DNA of 64,000 nucleotides from Felis catus (taxonomy: Eukaryota): positions 193,380,001-193,444,000 of the forward strand of contig NC_058368.1 of NCBI RefSeq assembly GCF_018350175.1, written 5' to 3'. Under the pieces are notes generated by a model. The model searched no databases. It saw nothing but the letters and a program-made list of their open reading frames with translations, and had not been told where the DNA came from. Both the position numbers and the translations under genes were made by a program. Positions within the stretch are counted from its first letter, which is position 1; each line of letters starts with the position of its first letter. Shown in pieces: positions 1 to 14,224 of the stretch.

Positions 1-1026
1 CATCCCACTCACCCAACCATCTGTTTAATCCACATGTCTATCAGTCTCATCCAATGTTTAGAAGGTCCCAATTCTATGCCAGACGTTGCCATGCTTATTA
101 ATGATAAATATACTAAACCATTTTCATATGTTCTCTCTTATGTTCTCTTCATATGTTCCCATTTTCATATGTCTCTTTATCTCTGCGATGATCTTCTTAA
201 TGTAGAAGACGGATGACTGAATCATTTTTGAAAGGGAAAAACTAAGGCTCAGAAAGTTAGCGAACATGTCCAAGATGGCACATCTAGGCCATATCTGAGT
301 TGGATAGGTATCTTAACCCCCATCCAGTCATCTTTCTATGACACTGCCCATCGTGTTAAGGCAAAGCATTAACAGTTGTTACAGAATCAAGGAGTTCTGC
401 CAGCTTGCTGCAGATCCATGTTGAAGAAAACAAGTATTGATGTTCTCGGTTTACCCTTAGCTTGCGGTATACATTTCTCTGTCAGTGTTCACTTTGTGTT
501 TGTACATCCTGCTAGTTGACTTTTCAGAGCCCCCCAGTGTATCAGACATAGTCACAGCTTAACTGTATGAACACCCCCATGGGAGCCATTTTGCAAGGAC
601 CCAGTCCTGGATTATGCTTTATTACACTGCTGGTTAGAAGATAAAGTTAAAAAACTAAAGTCATAGGGCCAAACCCCAGGTTGGTTAGCTACTAAACTCA
701 TTTTAATATGGGATACAGGATGAAGGTTTCATACTCTTCACCCCAGTTGGGTAGGTGACCAACCCTAAAGCTATTTCCCATGCCTGAAATTACCCTCCAA
801 ATATGGATGGTGAGGCAGATGAGTCATCCTCAATCACAGTAGTCGTATTTTAGGGTACCTTGCTGTCCTTTCACATATATTAGTCTATCTAGTTCTCATT
901 ATAACCCTGGGACTTTGGCATTATCAGTGCTTTTTTTTTTTAAGATGAAAAGCTGATGCTCTTAGATCTGTTGTTCTCTTTAACACATCGTCTGCTTCCA
1001 TGACCCCACAGTACCTTGTATGTGGG

Positions 1027-1300
1027 GTCTCAAATTATGCTGTATAAGCATTGCCCAAATGTGTTCCATAAAACCTTATTCAACAAAATGCTCCTTAAAA
1101 AAGAAAAGGCATCTTTGGTCAAATAAATTTGGGAAATGGTGCTCACCTTGTCTGCATTTTGGAGGTGCAAGTTGCACTCTAGTTACATAAAAGATTGTGA
1201 GGGATCCTGTTCAACTTTAACCCAGATCTTGTCAAGTCTGTATGTCCCCAGGATCCTTTGTTGGTGAATACTTTTAACATGTTATTGAAGATCCTCTGGT
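1027..1300. mobile_element. Old hAT-Charlie-type DNA transposon fragment (subfamily uncertain)
   Basis: Motifs CCCAAATGTGTTCC, GGTCAAATAAATTTGGGAAA and CCTGTTCAACTTTAACCCAG recall Charlie4/MER113-like elements. Confidence 0.4.
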
Positions 1301-2049
1301 CTATGCTGCACTAAAGAATGCAACTCGCCACCAGTACCCAGTTGCCTATTGTGAGTCTTAGTTCTGATTCAATCCCTGGAGCTAATGGGCTTGAAAGTTC
1401 ATCTCTTAAAGATTGCAACTGAACTGTATGAGTCATGTGTCTGATCCCCCCTGAAAACCAGAATACTGTCTCCAGGAAACCGGGCAGGAACACATTAACA
1501 TCTGCTTGCATACCTGCAGTTACTGGGCACTCAGTACCTCTCAAGGTGCCCAGTCCCTGACTGATGACTCTTTGAGACCAGAGGCTCATGGAATATCTTC
1601 TCTGAACCCATATTCCATGGCCCTCCCAGTATCTGAAGGGAGTTCTCATGGACTCTAGGCTTATGGCATTTGGTTTTCAGCAAATCCCTTCGCCCCTCCG
1701 AAGCAAGAGGTATCTTTTTAATTGACAAAACCCAAAACCAAATCAACACAAAACTAACAAAACACAATTTCCCTTCCTTGTGCAAAACCTCTCGTGAGTT
1801 TTGAGGTTTCCCATTGCACACAAGAAACATCTGACTGTAACTCAGAGCCTGAATAACTGGCCCCTCAGAACCTTCCTGCCTTATACCCCTCTCCCTGCTG
1901 CCTACTCTAGCTGCATGGGCCTTGGTTCTATTCCTCGGGGCTCTGAGCTCACTCTGCCCTGGACTCAGCAGCAGCTGCTCCCTTCCTCTATCTGCAGGGC
2001 TCGGCCCTAGCTCTTTGCAAAGATCACTCCTTTTCTGCAGTTGCCTTTC

Positions 2050-2347
2050 AGGTCAGATCTCACCCCCCAGAATGGGCCTTCCTTCATCATCTCTTCTCAG
2101 TAGTGACCCCAGCGTCCCCACACCTGCCTATAAGTCTCTGTCACATCACCCTGCCTTATTTCAGTCTTTCTTATTATTTTAAATCATTGCCTTTTTCTTT
2201 TCTTGTTTATAGTTGTGGCTGCTTGGGTCAATGTTAATCCCTGAAAACGGGGGTCTCACTTGTGCCCCAGAGCCAGCAGAGTGCGTGGGACAGGGAAGGG
2301 CTTAATAAGTATTTGTTGAATGGAGGAAAGAATGAATGAATGAATGA
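2050..2347 (+). mobile_element. L2 LINE 3' end
   Basis: Ends AATAAGTATTTGTTGAATG followed by (GAAT)n, the typical L2 terminus. Confidence 0.7.
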
Positions 2348-3199
2348 CGGATGCTTGGCGAGAGGGTCCACAGGATGGGGTATGAAGGGGAGCTGGGCCC
2401 GAACAGAGATGACTGCTGGCTCACTCTGGACCCTCCTGCCCCTGTAAAGTAGTTGTTTATTCTTTCCCACTCATAGGATTTTCTCTTCCACCCTAATGAG
2501 GACAATCTATTTGTTCCCAGCAGACAATAGGTACTGTCTTTAAATATCTATTGTAATTGCCAGAATCAAGATTTCCATAAATATGGATTTCCCCACCAGG
2601 AAGCGTACATTGTGTATTATTCTCCCTATGTTAAATATAGATTTGTCAAAAAGCACAATCCATCTTACTGAGTGAAATGGATAGAGGGAGCACATAAACC
2701 CGTTAGCATATTATAATATGCTCTGTATGGTATTTTTAGGATTTCTTCTCCCCCTGCTGCAATGAAATATTATCCTGTGGGATATAAATCTTATGTTCCA
2801 GATCTATTCCCTCGCGTCATCCACTTGGATTCACACCTTTAGTTGGGCCTCTGGGGCCCTCGTGGCTGGTGTTTCTTGCTAGAATTTAGAAGCAAAGGAG
2901 GAAATGGAGGTGCAAGAAATAGGAGTAGGAGCACACGATCAGATCCTTAGATACACAAGAGGCTGGGAGTTTTCCCCCTCAAATTAATCTCCTGATTTTC
3001 CTTTTTCAAATTTATCTTCTCTTAAACTGAGTGCTTTATCCTCTAAGGCTAAGAGGGTACATTTACCCACTGCTCCCTAAAATAGCTTGGCTTGGAGGTA
3101 GCCTGGCCTGGATTTACCTGACTGGACCTGGGCCTCAGAGCTGCTCAGCACCTGAACTTCAAGCTAGCTTCTCATCTTAGCCAAGCAGGAACAACCACA

Positions 3200-3306
3200 C
3201 AGAGAGAGAGAGAGACAGACAGAGAGAGAAAGAGAGACAGAGAGAGAGATAGAGAGAAAGATATAGAGACAGAGACAGAGAGTCAGAGACAGGCAGGGAG
3301 ATGGAA

Positions 3307-3369
<63 letters not shown>

Positions 3370-3522
3370 TAGAGAGAGACAGAGAGAGATAGAGACAGAG
3401 AGACAGATGAAAGAGATAGAGAGACAGAGAGAAAGAGATAGAGACAGCGAGTCAGAGACAGGCAGGGAGATGGAAAGAGAGAGAAAGAGAGAGAGACAGA
3501 AAGAGAGAGAGAGAGACAGAGA
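3200..3522 (+). repeat. Compound (GA)n/(GAGACA)n purine tract with an internal duplication
   Basis: About 320 bp that is almost all purine on the + strand. The core GAGTCAGAGACAGGCAGGGAGATGGAAAG starts at both 3280 and 3449. Confidence 0.95.
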
Positions 3523-3664
3523 GGCACCCTGTAGGCCCAAGACCTACAACAATGCAGTCAATGGCTAAATACTGTGAAATATAATTGGTAGTTGTAGGGC
3601 ATTTCTTTGAATCTGTCATAGTAAATCAGAAGAGAAAAAGTAGTCTTACAAGAAAAGTAGTAAA

Positions 3665-3830
3665 CTAGATGCCAGAAGACCTGGAGGAGCCTCTTTTTGG
3701 TTTTATCATAACACATTACTCTTGTGACCTTGAGTAAATCCCACGTTTCCCCTGGGTTTCAGTTTTCCCATCTGTAAAATGATGGTTTGAACTCTGTCAT
3801 ATGTAACATCCCTTCAGGCTCCAATATCCT
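3665..3830 (+). mobile_element. MIR/MIR3 SINE
   Basis: MIR core TGTGACCTTGAGTAAATC...CAGTTTTCCCATCTGTAAAATG. Confidence 0.75.
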
Positions 3831-4959
3831 AGATGCTAGTCTAATTCGTTCAAATATGTTTACTGATTGACAAGACTTGAGCTATTTGCTGGCCAAACTT
3901 TTAGCAACCTCCAGTGTACTTTTCCAACCCCCAGAAGCAGTTAAAGGCTCTCAGTTCTTGGATTTGATTGCAACAAACCCCTAGCACTAAATCTAGATGC
4001 ATCCAGAGTCTTGAGTTTTATGCGGGATGCAATTTTAACCCGCTGTATGGGGGATAATCAGAAAGGGGCCTGGAGGTGGAGACGGTAAGTCAGGCACCAC
4101 AGGCAGGAGGAAGAGATGGGAACATTCTGAAGCGGCATCAGAACTCCGCTGGTGTTGAATCAGAGCAGGCTGGACTCTGTGTGGAACCATCCACTCAAGA
4201 CAGCAGTGGCGTGTAAAATGCCTGTGGTAGCAGTAATTAGGAGCTGGCACTTGAGCACCTACAAGGACATTCCCGTCCATTGGCTCCCTTCAGCCTATGA
4301 GGTAGGTTACAATTGGTAAAGTGAGGTCCAGGACCGGTGCAAGGCACGGCTGTGATCTCAACTCCACCAGTGGGGGTGTAGAGCTTGAGTTCTTTACCTC
4401 TGTGATATGCCTCCCTCTGTCCCCAGAAATTTGGGTAAAAAACAGTCTTGGTACCTGAGTCGCCTTCAGTGTCTAGAAAATCCTCATTTAATGCTGCCTT
4501 TCTCTGATACTGCCTAAAGGTGCATTACTGCATTCAGGTCCATTGATATTAAAATAACACAAAAAATAACTGGGTGGTGTGTTTCATGGCAAAGCGTACA
4601 TACACATGTCTGTCCTTCTTCCGGCCGGCCCATCAGTCCATTGGCTTACCCATCTACCCCTTGACATCTAACACCCACCACTCATTGAGTACTGGAGGTG
4701 CAGTGGCACACGAAGTAAGCCCTGACCTCAAGGACTGTCATCTGGGCAGCGGGACAGCCTGACAGCAAAGTAGGTGGATGGCTTCAGTATAAGTGCTGTG
4801 GCAGGGGTGATTTCAGGGTTCAGGAAGGGACGCCTGACTCCAGCCTTTGGGGACCGCAAAGAAGGCTTCCAGGAGGATGGGACAGCGTTGACACTGACAG
4901 ATAAGTGGGAATCAGCCCAGAGAGGGACTAGGGTGCAGCCGCACGCATATGAATTCTAT

Positions 4960-5115
4960 CTGGGGATGAAAGGCGCAGCACCAGGAATATAGTCAATGGT
5001 ATTGTAGCAGCGTTGGGTGGTGACAGATGGTAGCTGCACTTGCAGTGAGCACAGCATAACGTACAGAGAAGTTGAATCGCTGTGTTGCACACCTAAAAAT
5101 AATATAACACTGTCA
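4960..5115 (+). mobile_element. L1 3'-end fragment (L1MA9/L1_Carn-like)
   Basis: GGAATATAGTCAATGGTATTGTA...GGTGACAGATGGTAGCT...GTTGAATCGCTGTGTTGCACACCTAAAAATAATATAACACTG. Confidence 0.8.
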
Positions 5116-6999
5116 CCTTTTTTCAAATTAAGGAAAGGATATATACATTTTAAAAATATTTCAGGTAGAAGAAGCAGCAACAGCAAAGACCCAGCAAAGA
5201 GAGAAGACACAGAGCGTTCAGGGAACGCGGCCAGGGTGTCAGCTTCCGCGGTCCCTGCCTCCAAGAGATTCAGCAGCAGAATGTGTGCGACAATCAGAGC
5301 GAGTAAAAAACGAGGCCAGGAATTCCCTCCTGGGGAGGTGGGAGGGCAGGACTGGCAAGGGCAGGAAAGCCCACGCACAGCGCAGGCTGTCCAAATCCAT
5401 CCTTGGTTCACTCAAACCTCTGATCATCATTCCTGGTTAAGGCACCATCCACTTAGTATCAATAAATCCCCCAGCCCTGGGCATTGCCCTGACAGCTCTC
5501 TCCCAGGGAGGGAACTCCTGTATCAGCAACTTCTTTTCATTGTCACTTCATTTAAGGCTTCTCACACCGGCATATCTCCTTGGCTCCTGGCTTCAGTCCC
5601 TGGAAATGTGGCAGCCTCATTGTAAATAGTGGATAATGAGGTGACAGGACAATTTCATTTTGGGGGAGGGAGACAGAAAGTAGATGCGGGGGTGGGGTGG
5701 GGGACCTTTAGATATTCATCCTCCTCCTTGAATATTTCTATCCTCATTGGTAGGAATGGCATTCCTGATCTGACTCTAACCTTGTGATGTCAAAAGTGTT
5801 TTATTTCCGTCACTCAGAGGGCAGTAAGAATGCACTCCATCCCCTTATACTGTCTTGCATCCAAGATCTAATACTGACAGGCAACAAATTACCACAATTG
5901 ATATAAATTGTCCCCATCCCTCTATACAACATCACAGTTATTAGGGATTCTGAGACATGTCCAGGGCTTCCCTCTTACTTACTAGATAAAACCTTATCAT
6001 CCACTTGCTAAATTCAAAGAATATTTATTGAGCACCAGAAACTAATATTCCCAGAAAATTGGGATACCATGTTGATACAAGACAGACATATTTTCTGCTT
6101 TCATAGAGCTTGCAGAGGGGTTAGCAAAGTTTTTATATTAAGGGAAAGAAAGGATATTTTCAAAGAGTAAAAAGGGGCTCAAGCATAGAATAAAAGTTCA
6201 TAACTGCTATTACGGCCAGTGTTTACTGAGCATTTACTACTGGCCAGGCATTGTACTAAGCACTTTGTGTCGATATCCAGGTAGAGGCACCAGTTTATCC
6301 AAGGGCAATAAGGTGAAAGACAGGAGAAGACCTGAGAGAAACCCCAGGAAATCCAGTATGACTGGGGTAGGGATGTGGTACAGAGGCAGAGGAGGGTAGG
6401 GACCACATTGCCAAGGGCCTTTCCAGGACTGGAGAAGTTAAGTCTCTGTGTCACGTGTCAATGTTGCATTTTACTTTGGCTTTGGATTCATCTCAGATTC
6501 ACAAGGACCTCTCTTCGTGCTGGCCCTGGAGCCCAGTTGGGACATGGCAACAAAAGGAGATGCAGAAGAGGGTCATCCTCCCCTGCTCAGATTTGTATAT
6601 TTATTAGGAAACCTGAGTATTAATTACCAGGCACTGAAAGCCAATGATGTGTCACTGTATATGAGGGTGAGAATTAGGTAAAGACTGGGACCCCTGGTTC
6701 TGGAATTAGACCCATTTTGTGGCTGACACATGAAACCAGGAGCAGGGGACAGGACAAACAGACTGACTCTTCAGGTGTCCAATATGGTTGTGGAAAAGTA
6801 AATGCAAAGAAGCAAATCTGGGGCCATGAACAGGCCCCTTCCCCAAAGAGTGGAGTTCACACTAAATTGGTGTTTCTCAAACTTTTAAAATTTAATTTTG
6901 GTAGAAGGCCTCTAATAAAACTTTAATACTCATTGGAGGTGTGTACTTCTACAGATGTGACTATTCTCTTCTTTCTCTCCATCTTTCTTCTATCTCTCT

Positions 7000-7485
7000 A
7001 CCATCCACCCATCCAATAAATGTTTATTGAACATGTAGTAAATGTTAGGCAGCAAGATGGGGCCAGGGATACAACACTGGATAAGAAGATAATACCCTGC
7101 TATCATGAAGCTTAGGTTCTAGAGAGCAGGGAGAAATCATATACAGTCAACAAGATTACTTTGGATACAATAAGTGTTATGAAGAAAATGAAATGGGATG
7201 TGTGAGCCTCTGGCAGGGCAACTTTAGAGAAGATGGTCAAGGAGACCCTCTCTGTGGCACACACACTGGAGCTGAGGGATGAACCATAAGAAGGAGACTG
7301 CCAGGCAAAGGGCCAGGGAAATGGTTTTGGGCAGAAGGAACAGAAAGTACAAAGGCTCTTAAAAGGCTCAGGAAAAGATGGGTGAGCTTGTGAAACAGAA
7401 AGGTGGCCAGTGTGGATGCAGTATGGGAGAAAGGAGGGAAGCAGTAGAGATGAGCATAGAGAAAAACATCCTACAGCTTTGAGTA
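7000..7485 (-). mobile_element. L2 LINE fragment
   Basis: AATAAATGTTTATTGAAC start and the purine-rich body (GGCAGAAGGAACAGAAAGTACAAAGGC) of an antisense L2. Confidence 0.75.
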
Positions 7486-8029
7486 AACTTGACACTTCCC
7501 AACAATTATGGTACCTCATGTGTGATCTGGGTGCCTCTGGAGCTCCAGAACATCACCTTGGTCTGAGAAGTCAGTTCTAGCTGATCTTACCAGACATTTC
7601 AGTTCTAGCAACTCAAAGCTTAGGTCAGTGAAGGAGAGACACTGTGGAGGGTAAGGTGGTTCTGACTCTGTGGAACATGGGAAGGGCAACATCTTCTGAC
7701 TTCGGTGTGATGGGACCTCAAACATGGACAATCAGTGAGTTCATTGGGCTCTAGTTGTAGATGCTGCTGTTCCTCAGATGTTTCTAGGCTTGCTTTAGGT
7801 TCTGGGACATTTGTTCATGTTCTTGCTCCAGCCTGAAAAGCCCTCCTGCCTCCTGCCTTTTTCCTCTCCAAATATTTTCCCTTCTTTAAAGGTTTAGCTC
7901 AAATGCCACCTCCTCCATGAAGTTCCTATCCCTCCCCATTCCTAACTATAGTCTAAAAGTCTCATTCTTTTAAATGTCCATAGAAACATTTGTGCCTCTT
8001 ATCATTTTTTATCTATCACCCATGCTTCA

Positions 8030-8410
8030 TTAGTTTAAGTTCTTTGATTCTAAGAAAAAAAAATCAAGACAGACTAATGTAATACAAAAAGAAGTTTACT
8101 GTAAGGATATGATGGGCCCACAGCTAAGAAAAAAATACAAACCTGGGCATTAGAGAAGTTAGACACTATAGAAGTTTGGGAATTTGGGTTCTCATGGACA
8201 GTCTCTTCAGTTTTCACTACTGCTCTAGCCACTTGTGATAACTGATCCATTCAGTTCAAGCCTGGTGTTGCTCGGGGCCTGGAGTATCCCTTGGTCAAGG
8301 GAAGGCAGAACAACTAACTATCTTACTAAGATGGCAGCCAAAAGGAAATGAAGGTGCTGTGAACAGAGAGGAAGCGGATGGTGGGCACATCAAACCAACA
8401 GATGTCTAAT
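8030..8410. mobile_element. Old MaLR solo LTR (MLT1J/K/L-like)
   Basis: Terminal motifs AAGTTCTTTGATTCTAAG...AAAAGAAGTTTACTGTAAGGATAT and AAGGTGCTGTGAACAGA...GGATGGTGGGCA...AACAGATGTC. Confidence 0.55.
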
Positions 8411-10009
8411 TAACTTTCTCTTTGCCAGTATTTTATAAGTCAAAGTCCACGACCACATTAAGAGCTCCATAAATGTCACATACATCTAAATACCAAGGTT
8501 AAGTAAGGAGCTGAATGAAATTTAGTCATTGTTACCTGTCTCCTCTGGGTTAGATACTGTGGAATAGAGTGGCAAATAAGACAGATGCTATCTCTGCCCT
8601 CACAAAGCTTATATTATTCTTTATAATCCCAAGACGGTATCACACAATGACTACACAGTATTTTTGCTGTATAAGTAAATGAAAGAATGAGTCAATGTGA
8701 ATCATTTACCTATATTAATCAATTGATACTATTCTTGACAGCTGGTGTCATCTTGCATCCAAGTCTTTACTTGCATTGGTTTGTGCTCATTATTTTTCTT
8801 TTATATTACCAACTGACTTTGTATCTTTTCACTCACAATGGAGGTGTAAGTTCTCTTGAAGCTGGAGGCCCTCCAGCTTCATCATTTTGATTGATATATA
8901 CAATAAGCAGTGCCCTCCACAGAGTTGAGTAGGGAATAAACATAAATGCTTGGTGATGTGACTTGTCTCACAGTCCTCTAAATTAGGTTGACCATCTAGC
9001 AACCATGAGCTTGTAGGATACACAACACCCCGCTCTGCTGCCATGCTTCAGCCCACTGAACTCCATCACTCCCTGTTACCTTAAGCCAAAAGAGAATGGG
9101 AGCTGTACTCTTAGGCTGCATTCCAGAACCAAGCTTACCTTAATGCATTCCACCCACAACATGCAGTCTCCTTAGCCAGTGCTCCCTAGACAAGAAGGTT
9201 TACATCCCATTACATAACTCAACCCTTAGGACATCAAACTGATTAAAAATAAGGGCAATTTCATCCTGCAAAGCAAACTACTTAGCACTACTATGTACCC
9301 AGGTAGTATTATGGGAAAAGGATCTTTCAGAGTATTTCCTATAATGGCATATGTGTTTGTGTGTGTGCGTGTGTGCGCGTTTATGTGTGTGTGTATGTTC
9401 TCTTCCCTGACCCATCACTTGGTCCAAGAACAATCACAGGATCATAGATTATTAGTGCTAAAAAGGTAACTGGTCCTGAGGGCCTTTTGGCCTTAGAGAA
9501 AAGCCTCCCAATAGATAGCTCTGTGACGAACTCCAGTTTAGCGTCTTTTTAATTTGCATGTGCTTAGACTATGCAAAACCTGGTATCAAGGGCATCACTA
9601 CTCACAAGGTAGACCCTTTAACCTCACATAATGTCAGCATACCGGAACTTCCCACTACCTGTTTATCCTGGATGGCTGGCACTACTTGGGAAAACGCTGT
9701 TCTTCTTCTGATTATTAGAGTTGAGTATTTGCTACCTCTACTGAATGTTTAGTTTGTGCCCAATTCTGTTCTAAGCACTTCACCTGCATTTTATCATTCG
9801 CTCCTCACAGTAATTTTTTTTTCCCTATTTCATGCATGAGGAGGTTGAAGTTCAGGAGATTAATTAATCTTCCACACATCATGCATGTGGTGACAGAGCT
9901 GGGATATGAATCCAGGTTTGTTCCACTCCATGGCCTGTGCCTTGAGCTATGTTATTCTGTCCCTTGAAAGTCTGGTACCACAAACCAGAGCTTCCATTCC
10001 CTGGGTAAT

Positions 10010-10235
10010 ACTACCGGCCAATACCGAGCACTTGCTGTATATGCCAGGTCTTATGCTAAGTGCTTTATATGAATTACTCATTTACTACTAATCTGGTAGT
10101 ATGGAGTCGGGATATGGTTATCCTCCCATTTTATGGAGAGGAGAATGAGGCTAAGCAACTTGTCCAAGGTCAAAGTAAGTAGAAGATTTAGAATCCAAAC
10201 ACGGGTATTCCAATTTCAGGGCCGTTGCTCTGGCC
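10010..10235 (-). mobile_element. MIR SINE
   Basis: Antisense core CCCATTTTATGGAG...GCAACTTGTCCAAGGTCA. Confidence 0.75.
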
Positions 10236-10243
10236 CTCTTTGC

Positions 10244-10450
10244 CAGGTATCAGCAACCTTTTTCTGCAAAGGGCCAAATAGTAGATATCTCAGGCTTTGT
10301 GGGCTAGGCAGTCTCTGCTGCAACTAGTCCATGCTAGAAGCAGCCAAAGACAAAAGGTAAATAGGTGAGTGTGGAATTTTATTACACTATGAAACCTTAT
10401 TTCTAAATACAGGCAATGGGCTAGATTGGGCCTGTGGGTTGTAGTCCTAC
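10244..10450. mobile_element. MER58A (hAT-Charlie) non-autonomous DNA transposon
   Basis: CAGGTATCAGCAACCTTTTTCTGCAAAGGGCCAAATAGTAGATATCTCAGGCTTTGTGGGC...ACAGGCAATGGGCTAGATTGGGCCTGTGGG. Confidence 0.85.
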
Positions 10451-12249
10451 TCTATGTAGGAGTGCCAGCTCCTACTCTGCTGTTCTGCTACTGGATAGCT
10501 CATAGGATGGGACGCTGGCAAAATCTGGGGAGAGATGATAATAACTCACAGCGTATTGTATGACTCTTAAATCTCTCACATCCATTTTCTCTTGTGAATA
10601 CCCAGTAAGGTAAGGAGGGCAGGAATGATGACCCTTGAGCCCATGTATGAACAAGGAGCCAAGGATCATGCAGCTGAGGAATGACAGAAACAGATGACAG
10701 CCCACCTTTCTTTTTCACCTCTTGTGGCTCTTCTGTGGTGACTGTGGTTAGTCACACTGTCGGGAGGGCAGGCAAAAGGAACCCTGAGAGGGTCGAAGTC
10801 AACTGATGATGTCCCCATTTGACCGAAGGCCAATGTTTGCTGACTTCCGTGCAAGAGCCAGTGGGGCCTCCCAGCACACAGACAGGCTCCAACTGAAGTG
10901 TCAACACACAGACAGCAACATGGCAAGTAGAGCTTTCTCAACATGGCAAGCCAGCTTTGGGCTAGAGAAGGCTGAAACGCTGCCTTACAGCCACAGACTA
11001 CACTGAGGTGGGGGAGACCCCAACCCTGAGAGGGCAGGCACTTTGAGAGGTTTATTTTCAAAACTGGGTGTGTACCAGAGGGCTCACGACATTGTGTCTG
11101 GACCCTGCAAGGCCAAGGCTCGGCTGCATGTGGGAGCTGAGTCAGGATTGCTGGGTGAGGGGCTGCAGTGAGGGCTCTGTTTGGACAAGGTTAGGATTGC
11201 ATTCGAAGATAAGGTCAAGCCGGGCCTATTCTTGGGTTGGGTTCCAGGGCTAAGGAGAAAGTTGCAGTCCAGGGCTGGGGAGAGAGTGCCTCATCTGTGG
11301 CTAGGAGGTGGGGTTCACTAAAGAGTCCAGGTAGGAACTATATGAGCTTAGCTCTGCCTCTGGGCAGCCTCTGGGAACTAGCACGCCAAACAGCCAGAGC
11401 AGATTGAATAAAAGCAAGGATCCTGACAAAAGGGAAGGGGTTGTGGGAGAGATTAACATCATAGTTTCCTCTGCCTTTGGCCCACTCATCACTCCATACC
11501 TCCTCTCCCCCCATCATAAAGCAACTTCTGCTGGTTTATGAATGAACCATGACTGCAAGGCAGACCAGATAAATCATTTATGAGGTGAAGCCAGACTCTC
11601 CCTTTGGCTATCTTGATTCTGTGTCCTAGGTGAGGAGGAGAAAAAAAGTATTTTGCTTATTTGCTATTCTTTTCCTATGAAAATCATGCATATAAATGGG
11701 TTTATTTAAGCCAAGTGGCAAGCCTACAGGGCAGCACACACCCGTGAACCTGACTGGCACCCATCAATCAAGGCAAGGTTTCACCAGAATCTGCAGATGA
11801 CAGCCCAAGGGTGCCCTAAAATCAGTGAAATTCATTTTCCAGCAAGGGTGTATCCACTGAGAAGGCAAATGGACAAGAATGAAGGATACAATGAGGCTAC
11901 AGAAGACAAGCGGTTCCAGATCTCCAAACGATATGACAGCACCAGAAACCAACTTCCACCTTGTCTGATGTCTGACTTTACTCCTGACCTCTGCCCTTGG
12001 CTGATTTCTTGAGCTGAACACTAAGCAAGTGGAGAGTTGGATAGAGAAAAGCTAAATCTTTCTTCCTTTTCTTCTGTTCTTCTAATGCATGGTCTCAACA
12101 AAGCATACTGAGACCTCATTTAAAACAAATGCTCAACCAATAATAGAATGTTGCTATGAACATGAACTTGCCTTTCCTTTCCAACAGGGATGTGAAAAAC
12201 CATCAAGAGTCTACCCAAGAGGGCACTTGAAATTTCAGGCTGCGAGCTC

Positions 12250-12715
12250 GGCCTCCTGTTATCTATCCTGCCTCTGCTCCCAGGCTGTGCTCCTCCTGCC
12301 TCAGTTTCACACTGGTCTTTCTGTTACTTTTCAACACAGTCCAAACTTTCCTGCCTTGGGGCTTTTGCACATGCTGTTCTCCTGTGGGAAGCTCTTCCAC
12401 CCTCTTTAAATGCCTGGCTCCTCATTCCTCAGGCCTCTGCTTTCGTGTTCTCTCTTCAGAGAGTCCTTCTGCAAAGGATACAGCCTGCTTTTTTGTTCTC
12501 TACTGCAGTGCCTTATTTCCATCACAGCTTATCTCTGTCTTTAATTATCCTGTTTAAGTTTTTATTTGTGTCATTTCATTTCCCCCAATAGGGCAGGGAT
12601 TATGACTATTTTATCTACCACTACAGTCCTAGCATCTACACAGTGCCTGGCACATGGAAGGCATGGAAACATGTTTGCTGAATGGAATGAATGAATGAAT
12701 GAATGAATGAATGAT
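12250..12715 (+). mobile_element. L2 LINE 3' end
   Basis: GGGCTTTTGCACATGCTGTTC...CACAGTGCCTGGCACATGG...TTTGCTGAATG followed by a (GAAT)n tail. Confidence 0.8.
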
Positions 12716-14224
12716 TGGTTGAACAAGCTGCTGGTTCTCTATATGACCTTAGGCAAATTATTTCCCCTCTTTGGAGTTCATTTCCTCGTTTGTAAGAGAA
12801 GTGAGATTCAATTAGCTCTAACAATCTTCCACCTCTGCAAGTACAAAGTTTCTTACTTATTTTCCAGGTGGGAGAGGTGGGGCACGAAAGCATGCTGTCC
12901 AGCCTAGGGACTGGAACTCAGGTCTCCTAGACAATTTCCACCAACTGAGACTCTTTAACAAAAGCCCAGCTGCTTCTCTGCAGAGACATTCACCCCCCAC
13001 TCCAGATATTTAGTTCCCTTTGTACCAAAATTTGAATCACTTTGTAAGGTTTCTCAAAACACAGGATGAAACAGCTGTTGCCAAAAAACAGTACAGGCTG
13101 CTTGAATTCTGGAAGAAATGCTGAGAATAAAAGCATTTCTGTTTCTCACTATCCTGGGGTGTTCTCTTTGTCTGTCCCCACTAAAATGAAGAGCTCTAGG
13201 AGGTGGTGGGGGGGGGAAAGGCTGAGATTCAAGCTAATCCTTGGGAAAACAGTAAGCGAGGAAGGAAAGAGGAGAAGGCATGGGTACACATATGTGGAAC
13301 CAGTGTGAGCAGCTGAGGAAAGCATGACTATGAAGCTAACAGACTAGTTTTCCTGCTCTGGCCTTACGCACCCACACAACTCCACGGGGGAGAGCCTCAT
13401 TGGCCCTGATTCAGTCCCCTGCCTCATTTCCTAATAGTCCACTGAACACTGGAGACCCAAACACACTGTGGAATGCAGCAAACCATTTCTTTCCAGGTCT
13501 CTTCCTCCCACATTCCTCAGACATGCCCCTCCACACCTGGAAAACTTGTATACATCCTTCAAGACCCCACTGAGATGTTGACTCCAGTGGGAAGCCTTCT
13601 AGCCATTCCAGAAAAAAAAAAATTACTTTCTGCTCTGAGTTTTTAATGCACTTTCTTAGTACTTATCTTGATAGTCTGTAATTTAACATTTTCATGTCTG
13701 TCTTCTTCACAAGACTGTGAGTTTATTTATGGCAGGGTTGAGCTTATTTAAGGGCTGGGTCGACTTTGTTTTGCAAAGACCAGCCCAGCTCTGGTCTTGT
13801 TACAGTAGATGCTCTGTAACTGTTTTGCTCACCTGTGAAATGAGGGCAATGATACCTGCCTTACCTTCTGTGAAAGTTCTAAATTCACTATGAACTGTAC
13901 TATACAGGTAAGCCATCATTTTATCCTAATTACACAACCAGAAAAGAAGTAGACTGGACAGGATATTATTATTCCCTTTAGTCAAATGAATTTCCAAGGG
14001 TTTGGAGGTTTGCTCTGAGTAGCACAGCCAGTAAATATCAAACTAGAAAAAGAAAACCACGTTGCTTGAATTGTGGTAGGACTTTATTTATTTTTTATTT
14101 TTATTATTTTTATTTTTTACCTCATCAGATCACAAATGTCTCTCAAAAGTTAGCTGTGAGTTTGGTCACACTGATTGGCTGACTAAAGAAAACATGATGT
14201 AAGTCCTTCCAGAGATATCCCAAG

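Noticed and set aside
2705..2722. Perfect 18-bp palindrome AGCATATTATAATATGCT
   Set aside because: One AT-rich palindrome of this length is not unexpected by chance in 64 kb.
3177..3540. Leu/Ser-rich ORFs
   Set aside because: These are translations of the (CT)n/(GA)n repeat.
5017..5625. Longest ORF in the window (202 aa, +)
   Set aside because: It begins in an L1 3'UTR fragment, has no recognisable domain, and has no splice or promoter context. Consistent with chance.
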